A stretch of 64,000 nucleotides of DNA from a virus. Its lineage: Duplodnaviria > Heunggongvirae > Uroviricota > Caudoviricetes. The notes below the pieces were generated by a model, which ran no database searches, had not been told where the DNA came from, and was given only the letters and a program-made list of their open reading frames with translations. The DNA lies in the IMG/VR virus record IMGVR_UViG_3300020045_006153, positions 289,234 to 353,233 of that record; one strand, 5' to 3'. Shown in pieces: positions 39,382 through 49,574 of this stretch (positions within the stretch are counted from its first letter, which is position 1; each line of letters opens with the position of its first letter). The position numbers and the translations under genes were made by a program.

Positions 39382-40185
39382 TTATACTTTGTTCCAGTTG
39401 TTCTTCACGTAAGTTCGTGCTAGTGTACGCGTCATGCCCAACGTAAAAACTGCAGATGCAATCACAAGTTCCTCACTCCAGCCATTGCTCTTTGCTGCAC
39501 TAATCAACGCACGTACTTTGTCAGCATTGGTGCCGCCCGTTGTAGGTGCTTTGTACACGGGTTGCACAGTAAACACAGAGGGCTTTGGTGCTACAAACTG
39601 CGCTGCTGGCTTTGCAGCAGGTTTTGCTGCACTTGCAAGCATATGAGCCTGTGTACGTGTATATGGACTGTCCTTGCTAATGCGTCCTTTGCCCTGTGCA
39701 ATACGTACACTGCCACGTTGAATCTTGTTGTGGATGTTAGCGCTCACTGCAATAATGTGGCCGGTGCTAGTAGTGTATGCGTAGGGCTTGGCATGGGCTA
39801 CTGCTTCGGGCGCATCTTCCTGGCGGTAGCAGCGCTCACCATTGCCACCAAGTGCACGGCACACTCGCTTCCAACCTGGGTTGTGCTGGCGACCATACTG
39901 TGGATGCGATTGGCATACGGTATGAGCAACTTCGTGTGGCACCGTGTCATTCAGCAAGTGGTCCCAAGACTGACCACCCAATTGCATATGATGGATGTTA
40001 AACCTGAGGTAATAACCCTTATGCAGCGGGGTCGTATGTTGGAAGTTATACCCGGCCATTCCGGCAGCACGACCTGTCAAGTCAAAGCGCACATCAATTG
40101 TTGGCATCTTGATACCGAACGTAGACTCTGCTAGTGCAACACATGCTGCAACTTTGTCTTTAATTGCTTGGATCTTTGCTTGCAT
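39382..40185 (-). CDS. SprT-like zinc metalloprotease
   Basis: GRAAG.A; TVPHEVAH; HNPGWKRVC. Confidence 0.85.
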   Translation of the reverse strand: MQAKIQAIKDKVAACVALAESTFGIKMPTIDVRFDLTGRAAGMAGYNFQHTTPLHKGYYLRFNIHHMQLGGQSWDHLLNDTVPHEVAHTVCQSHPQYGRQHNPGWKRVCRALGGNGERCYRQEDAPEAVAHAKPYAYTTSTGHIIAVSANIHNKIQRGSVRIAQGKGRISKDSPYTRTQAHMLASAAKPAAKPAAQFVAPKPSVFTVQPVYKAPTTGGTNADKVRALISAAKSNGWSEELVIASAVFTLGMTRTLARTYVKNNWNKV

Positions 40186-40584
40186 TTCGTTTCCTTTGTT
40201 TGCTGCGTATGTATGTATTATACTCTCAGCCTAACAGTATGTCAACAACTAATTAACCAAAAGGTCTACGACCTAGCAATGTATCAATACCCACAAGGAT
40301 ACAGAACCAAATGTAATGAAAGATCAGACCGTCTGTTATCCAATACGCAACGAGCAAACACAGCAGCAACATAGCGCCGCACCCCAGCAAGAATAGTGTC
40401 ATGTCAACCCCTAACGTACAAACTTACCAAACAAACTGCAACAAACGCTCCCACCACAATGTGCGCTATAATGTTTCGCATTACTTGCCCAGCAAGGGTT
40501 GATCGTTTACAATGCACCACACTGATCGTGCAATTACTACACCGATAGCAAACAAACACAAGTGGTACACTAGATATGAAGTGA

Positions 40585-40812
40585 TCATACTTTTTCCTTA
40601 AACACTGGTTCGTTCCAGTATAGCGTTATTGCAAAAACTCCTGTGGCCAATACAATGAGTGCGTTTACGCCCGGGATCATTGATATGATCGTACGGCTTA
40701 TCAAGTATCCCCACGTAAGCATTGCCGGCCATGCTTTTGCTTCTCTGTAGTATATCAGTCCGCACAGCAACACGCTAATGATATAACCGACGATGAGCAT
40801 TTCTACTAGCAT
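40585..40812 (-). CDS. Small membrane protein
   Basis: Two hydrophobic segments; one of several tiny hydrophobic ORFs at 40.2-41.1 kb. Confidence 0.5.
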   Translation of the reverse strand: MLVEMLIVGYIISVLLCGLIYYREAKAWPAMLTWGYLISRTIISMIPGVNALIVLATGVFAITLYWNEPVFKEKV

Positions 40813-41092
40813 GGGAGTCCTTTTGATTTGCGGTAAATGAACACTTCTAACTTCACAATGCCGTACACAAAAATCAGTGTCATCGTTGTAAAGAAGTAAG
40901 GAGCAAGTTGTTGTATTGTGTGCATGTATGTATTATACTCTCACTTAGGATAATTTGCAACCAATCCTACGATCAATCCTACCAAACACACCCAGAATGC
41001 AAATCGACCCGACAGTGTGTTGTCTTTAAACAACACCCCCACTGCTAGTGCATTGATTGTTATCAATAGCACAGAAAAGAAATGTGGGCCCA

Positions 41093-41290
41093 TTAAATCG
41101 TATCCATTTCTTGTGCCATATCATACATCTTGGGGTCCATACGACGCATGCCGTCTTCCCACTTGTCAGTGCAAATGAATTTGTCAGTGTGGTGATCCCA
41201 TTGACGATCTAAATTCGAAGATATAAAATATCGAATATCCTCGATCTCTTCGTTAGTCAGGATGATCTCGAGGTCGTTCAATCTGCGCAT
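41093..41290 (-). CDS. Hypothetical protein
   Basis: Start MRRLNDL. Confidence 0.5.
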   Translation of the reverse strand: MRRLNDLEIILTNEEIEDIRYFISSNLDRQWDHHTDKFICTDKWEDGMRRMDPKMYDMAQEMDTI

Positions 41291-41518
41291 ATTAGCCCCA
41301 TTGAAAAAATGATTTCTTGTGTGGAGTTGCACCGTGCTCACGTGCTATCCAGATAGTATAGCAAGGAACGATATTGATGCAGTATCGTTTGTTATATTCG
41401 CTGTAGTGCACACCTAGCCACCATGCACCTGCTTGAAACACAATACCACATTTCATTTCGTTTCCTTTGTTTGCTGCGTATGTATGTATTATAACAGGGA
41501 CTTATCTCCCTGTCAACA

Positions 41519-41848
41519 CTATTCAGCCCAATAAAATCCCACAGTCTTGTCTTCATTGCACAGCCTGCGAATGCGCGCCTGTTCAGACTTGTGTTGATTG
41601 CTGGTAGCAAGTCGGCCATTGAAGCGGTCCGCTGCTGCTGCTGTGATGCTGCTGTACCGCTTGCCATATGCCACAACAGGCTTGCGATACGGACGCTTTT
41701 CGTTATCCAGGAGCACTGCTTGCTCAACTTCTTCACGTGTCACTGTGCCTGCTGTAAGGCCGATGAACAGTGCAGTGCGGCCTGCTTGACAAGTAAGCGG
41801 CAGTGCAGTATAATCGACCTTTTTAACTGCTTTGATACGTGCGTTCAT
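41519..41848 (-). CDS. Hypothetical protein with NUMOD1-like motif
   Basis: KPVVAYGKRYSSITAAA. Confidence 0.55.
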   Translation of the reverse strand: MNARIKAVKKVDYTALPLTCQAGRTALFIGLTAGTVTREEVEQAVLLDNEKRPYRKPVVAYGKRYSSITAAAADRFNGRLATSNQHKSEQARIRRLCNEDKTVGFYWAE

Positions 41849-41905
41849 ATGTGTCCTTTTGTTCCTTGTGTGTATTGTAACGCAAATATAACTCTGCGTC
41901 AATCA

Positions 41906-42088
41906 TTATTTGCTGAAAGGGAACTTGCCGGTCATGACGTATGCTGTAAATTCTTCAGCCTTCATGTATGCGATGTGCACTCCCTTCATCTCCATGCTTA
42001 TGAGTTCTTCTGCCTGAGTTGTGGCCTCGGTAGAAGTGTCCCAGGAGCCGAAACAGTCATACCTGTCAAACACATACCATATTCCCAT
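41906..42088 (-). CDS. Early hypothetical protein
   Basis: Own promoter/RBS. Confidence 0.55.
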   Translation of the reverse strand: MGIWYVFDRYDCFGSWDTSTEATTQAEELISMEMKGVHIAYMKAEEFTAYVMTGKFPFSK

Positions 42089-42179
42089 TTCGTTTCCCTT
42101 TGTTTGTTGCATGTATGTATTATACTCTCAATCTCAGGCACTGTCAACAAAAAAGAGCCCTTTCGGGCCCTCTTTTTAC

Positions 42180-43097
42180 TTAGTTAGTAAGCACATACGT
42201 AGCCAACTGCTTCCAGTTGCCGCCTGCTGCCCGCAACTTTGTAACCGCTTGCAGTGTGCGCAAGGACAACTCCTTAACGCTGTTTTGCTGCTCTTTGATC
42301 AAGTCCATTGCGTCCTGCTTGTGCTTTTGCGCAGCGGACGGCATAAAACTAACGCTTGCAACCATATGCTCCATGCGCTCAATCTTTTGCTCTGCAGTCA
42401 TCTTCAAGTCCACACAGTACGCCCGGGTAAGTAGTGCACCTGCAATTTGATTGCGTTGCATGTTGCTAATAAAAATGACGCGTCCGTGGAACACAAAACT
42501 ACGCGGCAAGTCGTCGTCCTTCATGTCCGCGTTCCAGCTAATAACGCGCTTGTCGTAACTGTCCAGCGCGCCCTTCAGCAAGTTGAGTGCAGTAGCGTCC
42601 TTCAGCACGTCATCGCAGTCGTCAAACACAAGCACGCCGTCCTTGTTCATAAACAACTCGCGGTACAGTCCTTTTGCAGTACTGTAACCCTTAATCATTT
42701 TGTAACTGTGCGCGGGCTTTTCTTCGTCTGCTTCAATTCCGCTAGCATCCACGAGCCCGTGTGCAGCAAGTGCTTCCTGTACAGTATGCGTCTTACCCAG
42801 CCCGCCTGGCCCTGTAATAACAACGCTGTTCGCTTTGTTTTCAGCAACCATGCCCACCAGCTGCGTCACGAAGCCAAAACGCTCCATAATAGGCCATTGT
42901 GCGTCAACGTCGTCTGCGGATCCTGCAATGCCGTCTTCAGTCATGCCCACTTCGTCGCTACCCAAGTCCTCGACATTCTTGTGTCCAGCCTTTTCCATCA
43001 TCTTCACAACACGAGTCTTGTCGTAGGACTTAACAACTTTGCGTCCCATGTACATGCCAACCCAATTGCCGTCTGCGTAAATAATCTTTGCTTGCAT
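42180..43097 (-). CDS. AAA+ ATPase
   Basis: GPGGLGKT Walker A; VLVFDDCD Walker B; VIFISN; ALLTR. Confidence 0.85.
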   Translation of the reverse strand: MQAKIIYADGNWVGMYMGRKVVKSYDKTRVVKMMEKAGHKNVEDLGSDEVGMTEDGIAGSADDVDAQWPIMERFGFVTQLVGMVAENKANSVVITGPGGLGKTHTVQEALAAHGLVDASGIEADEEKPAHSYKMIKGYSTAKGLYRELFMNKDGVLVFDDCDDVLKDATALNLLKGALDSYDKRVISWNADMKDDDLPRSFVFHGRVIFISNMQRNQIAGALLTRAYCVDLKMTAEQKIERMEHMVASVSFMPSAAQKHKQDAMDLIKEQQNSVKELSLRTLQAVTKLRAAGGNWKQLATYVLTN

Positions 43098-43537
43098 GCT
43101 ACGTATCCTTCTGTTGTTTGCTATGTGTCTATTATACTGCTATTTGTGAGAGTGAGCAATCTCTTTGTGAGGTACTTGACCTCACTGTAGGGTTATTATT
43201 TGATAATGTTGAATGCAATCAGACCCAGCACAAATGCTGAGATCAGCGGAATGATCTTGAATACAACTGCTGAGGCAAAGTTCGTTGTATTCAGTACAGA
43301 GCCCATAACAACGAGATATGCAGCGATAACGAGTTGTGCAATTTGAACGTTTTCCATTTGTATTCCTTTGTTGCTATGTATGTATTATAACCCCAATCTC
43401 GCATGTTGTCAATAACATATTCTCTATAGGGTTATTATTCGAGCAAGCACCCTCTACGTCCATCCCCCTTTGTTCGACATACTTATTATAGTCTCATAAG
43501 AGAAAGTGTGCAAGCAATGCCCGCACACTCTGTAGGG

Positions 43538-43864
43538 TTAATACGTAATTGGCACGTTAATGTTGATGCCTTGCGCAGACAGTTTGCACACAATGCCTTC
43601 GTCTTCCCATTCGGCGATGCATTTTTTAAACAATGGTTCGTCTCCTACAAATCCGCCTTCTACTTTAACAGTAATCATTGTCTTACGGGCACTGTTAAAG
43701 ACACGTGCGTTAGGATTCAATGTAGACACCACTGCTTGAATTGCGCGTGACTTGATCTCTACATGCTCGGGGAAGTTGCTTCGATTTGCGATATCGGTCA
43801 TACGTGCGTTAGCAAACGCTCCGTATTTCTTACGGCCAGCATCTTTTGTTTCGATATACTTCAT
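43538..43864 (-). CDS. Early hypothetical protein
   Basis: Own promoter/RBS. Confidence 0.6.
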   Translation of the reverse strand: MKYIETKDAGRKKYGAFANARMTDIANRSNFPEHVEIKSRAIQAVVSTLNPNARVFNSARKTMITVKVEGGFVGDEPLFKKCIAEWEDEGIVCKLSAQGININVPITY

Positions 43865-43921
43865 ACATACTCCTTTGTTGCTATGCTTGTATTATAAGGC
43901 TAGTTTAGTTGCTTGTCAACC

Positions 43922-44143
43922 TTATTCGGGGATAAGTTTCGTGCCTTCCCAGATGTAAATCTCGCCCAGGTTGGTATGCATAGTTGCACCGGCTGTGGTT
44001 CTGAATGCATTGACCGCTGTTGGCATGCCGACTGCTTTATATCGGTAGAACTCGCCTGAGATGTCTTTAATCATTTGTTGTGCAACGAAGTTGTTAACCT
44101 TCATTATCATTTGGCCGGTGCTGTCGCGAATGATGTATGTCAT
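43922..44143 (-). CDS. Early hypothetical protein
   Basis: Own promoter/RBS. Confidence 0.6.
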   Translation of the reverse strand: MTYIIRDSTGQMIMKVNNFVAQQMIKDISGEFYRYKAVGMPTAVNAFRTTAGATMHTNLGEIYIWEGTKLIPE

Positions 44144-44330
44144 CTTGTGTTCCTTTGTTGCTTGTATGTATTATACTCTCACAATGCAGGAGTGTCAACA
44201 ACTATTTAAATCCACCCTGTTAATTCAGGCTATGCATCCTTACCAGATGCCAACGCTGCGACACGTTTCGAGTTAGTTCCCGTATTGTAAGCCCTCGTCG
44301 CAAAAGGCCTGTGGATTCAAATAGCAGTTG

Positions 44331-44434
44331 TTTGTTTAGATAGAAGGCGTTAACATAGCTTCCTCTTGAGGCTTAGTTACTGCATTCACACGCTGAGCCT
44401 TGTACTCAGTTGTAACGCCTTCTATCTAAACAAA
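44331..44434 (-). ncRNA. Putative structured RNA closed by a perfect 22-bp stem
   Basis: TTTGTTTAGATAGAAGGCGTTA / TAACGCCTTCTATCTAAACAAA enclosing two small hairpins. Confidence 0.5.
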
Positions 44435-44458
44435 GCCCTTTCGGGCCCTGCTTATTGC

Positions 44459-44716
44459 TTACGCAATTTCCAGTTCCAGCCGCTCAAACTCACGGCCCAC
44501 TGCAAACGCATTGTGGATGTCCTCTTGCACAAAGTCTTCCTTGGACAGTGCTTCCACAGCGCCCACTTCGTCCAGCGCAACGGGCAGTTCAACAAAGCGG
44601 ATCGCAGTGTGGCCGTTACGCTCCAGCACACGAGCACGACCCTTTTCGTTAGTGTAGCGCACAGCAATCTTGCCGTTCAGGGTGGACAGGCCGACGAATT
44701 TGAAAGTGTTGTTCAT
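44459..44716 (-). CDS. Early protein, 'GVSTLNG..VRYAN' family copy 2
   Basis: Paralog of 37825 and 50394. Confidence 0.7.
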   Translation of the reverse strand: MNNTFKFVGLSTLNGKIAVRYTNEKGRARVLERNGHTAIRFVELPVALDEVGAVEALSKEDFVQEDIHNAFAVGREFERLELEIA

Positions 44717-44815
44717 TTTAAATTTCCTTTAAAGTGTGTTGCTAAGTATGTATTATAACGTCTAACTAACTATCTTGCAAGTCTTTTTTGCTTGCTATTT
44801 CCAATTTCTTTTTGT

Positions 44816-44938
44816 TTACCAGAACTTGCTGATGAAGTGCACTGCTACATAAATTGCAGTGCCGGCAAATGCCGCTGCTGCTACAAACGAAAGCACAATC
44901 ATCAATTCAATTAGTGTGAAACCTTTTTGCTTTTTCAT
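44816..44938 (-). CDS. 40-aa prepilin-type peptide (not in ORF track)
   Basis: MKKQKGFTLIELMIVLSFVAAAAFAGTAIYVAVHFISKFW; AAGGAG RBS and own promoter. Confidence 0.8.
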   Translation of the reverse strand: MKKQKGFTLIELMIVLSFVAAAAFAGTAIYVAVHFISKFW

Positions 44939-44999
44939 CTCTAACTCCTTTGTTGCTATGTATGTATTATAACGCAGTTTTTACACTGCGTCAACCTTT

Positions 45000-45239
45000 T
45001 TATGCCAACAACGTAATGTTGTCTGTGCTCAGTTGTGTACGTGCAATCACCATTGCCGCTTCCACTGCTGCTTCCTTCACTTCGTCGGAAGCGTCGCTGT
45101 CGCACAAGTCGCCGCTCACGTAAGCACTGTTCAACACGCTTACGCGCTTGGATGCAATGTCGAACGTTACAAGCAAACGCAAAGTCCCCAGGCGTGTGTT
45201 TTTAACTACTTTGGCTACTGCTTGGCAATGTGTTTGCAT
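45000..45239 (-). CDS. Early hypothetical protein
   Basis: Own promoter/RBS. Confidence 0.6.
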   Translation of the reverse strand: MQTHCQAVAKVVKNTRLGTLRLLVTFDIASKRVSVLNSAYVSGDLCDSDASDEVKEAAVEAAMVIARTQLSTDNITLLA

Positions 45240-45444
45240 GTGTGTTCCTTTGTTGCTATGTATGTATTATAAGGCCAATTTAATAGCCTGTCAACTGTTT
45301 TTACTCAATAACGCTTGCTGCTGCACCAGCAATCAATCCCACGCCAACGACCAGCAAACCGTGAAAGTTGTTACCGGTAAGGCCTGCTGTTGCTATAGCA
45401 GTAATAGCGACGCCGATCAGGTAGATATGAAATAGTTTCATAGA

Positions 45445-45642
45445 TTATCCGTACATTGTTTCAAAGTCGAATGCAGTGCTGCCGTAGTCCCAGCGCTCGT
45501 CATCCCAATCGTCGCCCCATGCTTCGATGCATTCTTCGACTAGCGACACAGGCACTTTTAGGTCCAGGGCGATCATGTGTGGAGCCATACCTCGCTTGTA
45601 CAAGTCTTCGATCTCGCCGTATACTTTGCTCATCATGCTCAT
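45445..45642 (-). CDS. HTH-like small protein
   Basis: GMAPHMIALDLKVPVSLVEE. Confidence 0.55.
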   Translation of the reverse strand: MSMMSKVYGEIEDLYKRGMAPHMIALDLKVPVSLVEECIEAWGDDWDDERWDYGSTAFDFETMYG

Positions 45643-46032
45643 CGTATTCTCCTTGTTGCGATATATGTATTATACTGTTGATCGACATTGCTGTCAAGCG
45701 AAAGGGGAAATTAATCCCCTTTCATTCTCTAACTATTCTCTAAACTAATTATAAGTTTAAATTATTGCATTATTGCCTCACCTCACGAAAGGCTTATATA
45801 GTATCTTATGGTTCATTTAACAAACAGCAAAGTATTGTTACTTGCTGCTACCTATTGCCAACTTAAGCAAAATACTTCTTGAACCAGGTTGGAACAACTT
45901 TCATCTCCTTAGTAACTGCAAAAATACGTGCTTTGTTTTTACGAGCGGACATTTTGTTTTCCTTTACTGTGTTGCTATGTATGTATTATAACGCTAAACT
46001 ATCTGCTTGTCAACTTCTTTTTGCTGCCTACT

Positions 46033-46230
46033 TCAAAAACTTTTTCGATGCCACTTGTAAAGCCGTTCAGCCTCTTCACCTTTGTTGTTGTCTTTTGCGG
46101 CCTGCATCAACCCGCGGATGTTTGTTGCTTCGGCGCGACCAGCAGTGTAGTACTTGTAATCATCGCTCATCTGGTAGTACCAGTCATGGGCAATTAGGGC
46201 TGCTTCTAGTTCTTTGAGTGTGGTTTCCAT
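46033..46230 (-). CDS. Early hypothetical protein
   Basis: HDWYYQMSDD. Confidence 0.6.
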   Translation of the reverse strand: METTLKELEAALIAHDWYYQMSDDYKYYTAGRAEATNIRGLMQAAKDNNKGEEAERLYKWHRKSF

Positions 46231-46284
46231 TATATTCCGTACTGTGCTGCTATGCATGTATTATAAGGCCTTTCGGCCTTATTG

Positions 46285-46611
46285 TCAATCCATTCTGCTG
46301 CCCGCGTAAAACTTTACACCCAATTTCTCAGTCAGCACCTTGGCTGCTGCCCGTGCACCTTCTTCCAGTGCAGTTATGCTCTGAGTATAAGACTTGCTGG
46401 GATTCCACAGTTGGTAGCCGCCGCCATATGACTTGCTGAAGCCGTGCTTCTTTAATTCGCGAACCAAACGACTAGTACCTTTTTCATGTGTAGTAATCCA
46501 GGCAAAGCCACAGCAATCGCGATCGCCGTGTTGTTGCAGCCATTGTGCAGTTGCAGTAGATGCGGCTTGCATTGCTTCTGCTACGACTGCTTGGACGTTG
46601 ACTTCGGACAT
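46285..46611 (-). CDS. Early hypothetical protein
   Basis: DCCGFAW motif; own promoter/RBS. Confidence 0.7.
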   Translation of the reverse strand: MSEVNVQAVVAEAMQAASTATAQWLQQHGDRDCCGFAWITTHEKGTSRLVRELKKHGFSKSYGGGYQLWNPSKSYTQSITALEEGARAAAKVLTEKLGVKFYAGSRMD

Positions 46612-46955
46612 ATAAACTCCTATTGCGTTGTGTATGTATGTATTATAAGGCCAAAGTGCAGGCCTGTCAACAGATTTGTACGTGTTTCATCAAACAAAGT
46701 TCCGCATTGCTTGATACATAAAGCCTCCAAGCATAGCAATGCAGGCTATTGCAAACATGATACCGAAGATTGCAATCAATATGCCCAGGATATCCATTAA
46801 GAAGTCGACCATATCAACCCGCCAAAAGAATAAGACATGCAACAATCACAGCAGCAACGGGCATGTGACAAAGGGCAAGCACAATAACGGCAATCCAGGG
46901 CATAGCGTTTCCTTTTAGTTTCATAAATGTATTATACTCTCAGAACGCGGTATTG

Positions 46956-47125
46956 TCAAGCCGCTTTGCGAAAGTAACTGTAAGGAATGCCGTGTTCCCA
47001 AGCATAGTAGTCCCAGTCGCCACTGCACTCGCTAGCCTGCATCAGCCAACGCAGCGCGTCTGTGCGTGTCTTAGCACCACTTGCAATAGTGCTAGCCACT
47101 AAGGCTTCGAATCGCTCAATGGCCC
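46956..47125 (-). pseudogene. Headless C-terminal gene remnant
   Basis: AIERFEALV..GA..R..ALRW..GIPYSYF frame without its own start or RBS. Confidence 0.45.
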
Positions 47126-47277
47126 GTTTCGGCTTCTTTTTCGACGAATTCGATGTTGTCGATATCTTCGCCCGTTTCGGGCCGCAGGCTTGTCCAGATA
47201 GCGTCAGCAACCCATTTGCGGGGATGTGATGCTTCGTCGTCCAAGATCAGGTCAAAGGATACGCGGTATGTCTTCAT
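47116..47277 (-). CDS. Hypothetical protein (53 aa, not in track)
   Basis: MKTYRVSFDL..HPRKWVADAI; AAGGA RBS. Confidence 0.55.
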   Translation of the reverse strand: MKTYRVSFDLILDDEASHPRKWVADAIWTSLRPETGEDIDNIEFVEKEAETGH

Positions 47278-47279
47278 TT

Positions 47280-47525
47280 TTAGTCCTTATTCAGTTCTGC
47301 GGCAATGTAAAGGTATTCCTCTTCCTTACTGACCATGCTCAAGTCAGTAACAGCGTCAACCCATCCTTCGAGTATATCAACACGATCAATGCCCTCTAGC
47401 GTCGAACGAACGAGCGACCTTGCATCAGTTTCGTCGTATGCTTCTACAATCATCTTCACATCAACTTCAAAGTGTGCCATTTCAGTATGCTCCGTAGGAT
47501 GCGTCAAGTTGCAGTTCAAGTCCAT
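47280..47525 (-). CDS. Early acidic hypothetical protein
   Basis: Own promoter/RBS. Confidence 0.55.
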   Translation of the reverse strand: MDLNCNLTHPTEHTEMAHFEVDVKMIVEAYDETDARSLVRSTLEGIDRVDILEGWVDAVTDLSMVSKEEEYLYIAAELNKD

Positions 47526-47582
47526 ATATGTTCCTTTGTTACTTGTATGTATTATAACAAGGAACACAAGATCGGTCAACTA

Positions 47583-47894
47583 CTATTTCAATTTACTTTC
47601 GTCAAACTGACCAAACGTAATCACAGCACGTTCAATCTTCATCTTACCCGACTTGAAGTAAGCAACCCACATGTCGCTATTCTCTTCGCCTGTGCCGCCG
47701 AGTGTAAACAGTGTGCCCGGATGTGCAGTGGACACTGTCTTCATGTGATCTTTCCAGTCGTACCACTTTACTTCGTTAAGTGTAAACGCGGTGTCCCACC
47801 CATATCCTGTGATATCGCGCAGTTCTTCAACAAGAACTTCGTCGTCGATAGCATCGTTGTCGTGCTCCATGCTGAATGTTGTGTAATATCCCAT
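47583..47894 (-). CDS. Hypothetical protein
   Basis: MGYYT..KWYDW..GTGEE. Confidence 0.65.
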   Translation of the reverse strand: MGYYTTFSMEHDNDAIDDEVLVEELRDITGYGWDTAFTLNEVKWYDWKDHMKTVSTAHPGTLFTLGGTGEENSDMWVAYFKSGKMKIERAVITFGQFDESKLK

Positions 47895-48080
47895 TGTAGT
47901 TCCTTAAGAAGGGTTAACTGTTAGTTTTCAGAATGTTTGCAGCCAATTGCAGGTATTGCAAATAGGTTAATTCTTTTGCGCCTGCTGCTTGGCAACGCAC
48001 ACAGTGGCGGAAGTATTCGAATTGAAAAGACATTTGTATTCCTTTAGTTGTATGTATTATACTCTCAACTTACACTGCTG

Positions 48081-48275
48081 TCAAGCGTTATTGCGCAAAT
48101 CTTCAATGTCCACTGCAATCTCCATAGCCAACTCGTCCAGTTCAGTCATGTACATATCGCTTACATCTGTGCCGCCAAGTGCAGCCTGAATCAGCATACG
48201 GGCTTCCTCGATCTTCCGCTGCGCTTCTTGCAAAAGTGGAATCTTTGTTGCTTGAACTACTGCGACATCTTGCAT
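48081..48275 (-). CDS. Early hypothetical protein
   Basis: Own promoter/RBS. Confidence 0.6.
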   Translation of the reverse strand: MQDVAVVQATKIPLLQEAQRKIEEARMLIQAALGGTDVSDMYMTELDELAMEIAVDIEDLRNNA

Positions 48276-48527
48276 TTTGTTTCCTTGTTTGCTTGCTATG
48301 CTTGTATTATAGCATCACTTTGAGGGAACGTATACCTTTATTTGTACACAGATTGCGGAATATCCGCGCTCTACTGCTCTCGTACCTTGCATACGTTGGC
48401 AAGACTCGTAATCTGCGACCGGAGGCGAGTATGAAATTTGGTTGCTATTGTAGCCGCCAACTGACATCAAAACCCAAACTAAAACTGTTTGCATAGTGTT
48501 CCTTAGTGTGCTTGTATTATAGCACCG

Positions 48528-48725
48528 TTATTCTGCAAAGTCAACGTATCCGTCAATAAAACTATCCGACATGTAGCCGTCTTCCATTGCCTGCAACAGC
48601 GTATCGCCATTGCAAATCAGCCGGCCACCTCCACAGTTATTCATGATGTATGCAGCATACTCGTCATCGAGATCGCCTGAGTCGAACGCTTCTTCAACTT
48701 CTTCGCGTGTTGCTTGATTGCGCAT
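48528..48725 (-). CDS. Early acidic hypothetical protein
   Basis: Own promoter/RBS. Confidence 0.6.
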   Translation of the reverse strand: MRNQATREEVEEAFDSGDLDDEYAAYIMNNCGGGRLICNGDTLLQAMEDGYMSDSFIDGYVDFAE

Positions 48726-48798
48726 TGTGTATTCCTTGTTGCTATGCTTGTATTATAACGCAGAAAGGAACTGCTGTCAAACAATTCCCTAACTTATT

Positions 48799-49026
48799 TT
48801 AGTATTTCGGAATAGGACGGGGATCCATCCTCATAATCGATTCGCACACTTCCTTCGCTTCCTTCAAGCCAATCTTGTACTGATTGCGGATGAACTTGAT
48901 TGCGATCAACCTCGTGCTGAATGCGTTATCAACAGATCCTGCCAACATCAAGGAGCGCACGACGTCGAACTCAGCGTCTGTTACGTTGTGTGTCTCGTAC
49001 TTCACTGCATATTTGATCGTTTGCAT
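48799..49026 (-). CDS. Small protein with ribosomal L7/L12 C-terminal-like motif
   Basis: IAIKFIRNQYKIGLKEAKEVCE. Confidence 0.55.
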   Translation of the reverse strand: MQTIKYAVKYETHNVTDAEFDVVRSLMLAGSVDNAFSTRLIAIKFIRNQYKIGLKEAKEVCESIMRMDPRPIPKY

Positions 49027-49262
49027 GTATGTTCCTTTGTTTGCTGCGTTGTATGTATTATAACAGCGTATCGCTACACTGTCAATAGATTAGTTGCAAA
49101 GAGTTTGTAAAATACGTCCACGGTCTGTACCACACTGGGGGCTTGTAACCAAAATACATTGCGTCATTGCGCGCCTCTTCCAGCGTCTTGTTGTATACTG
49201 TTAATGTGGTGGTGATGTTGCTTTTGCCCCACCACATAACGATTCTTGGATAGCGTCTCATA

Positions 49263-49574
49263 TTAAATTTCCTTCCAGCCGCTGCTCATGCACAGCCACT
49301 GTTCTTCACCCACAACCACCACGTCGCCTACGCTAAGGCTACGAGCACGTCCGTACTTCTCTTCGCGCTCGTCCTGGCGATAAGGGTTGTTAGTAAGGTC
49401 AAACGCTTCTTCGGCTGCATCCATGCTGTCGCCGTTTGCTTCAAACAGTGCAGACTCAGTGTACAGTCCTGCTTTCATTGCAGCACGGATTGCTTCAATT
49501 GCTTTGTCTTCTTCCAGGAAGTACAGTGTACCCATCATCGAGGAAGGAGCAAGTTTGAGTTTAATCGTTGCCAT
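49263..49574 (-). CDS. YodL-like protein
   Basis: RSLSVGDVVVV..GW. Confidence 0.55.
   Translation of the reverse strand: MATIKLKLAPSSMMGTLYFLEEDKAIEAIRAAMKAGLYTESALFEANGDSMDAAEEAFDLTNNPYRQDEREEKYGRARSLSVGDVVVVGEEQWLCMSSGWKEI

Noticed and set aside
44225-44312. Hammerhead ribozyme
   Set aside because: GAAAC present on the minus strand but no CUGANGA core
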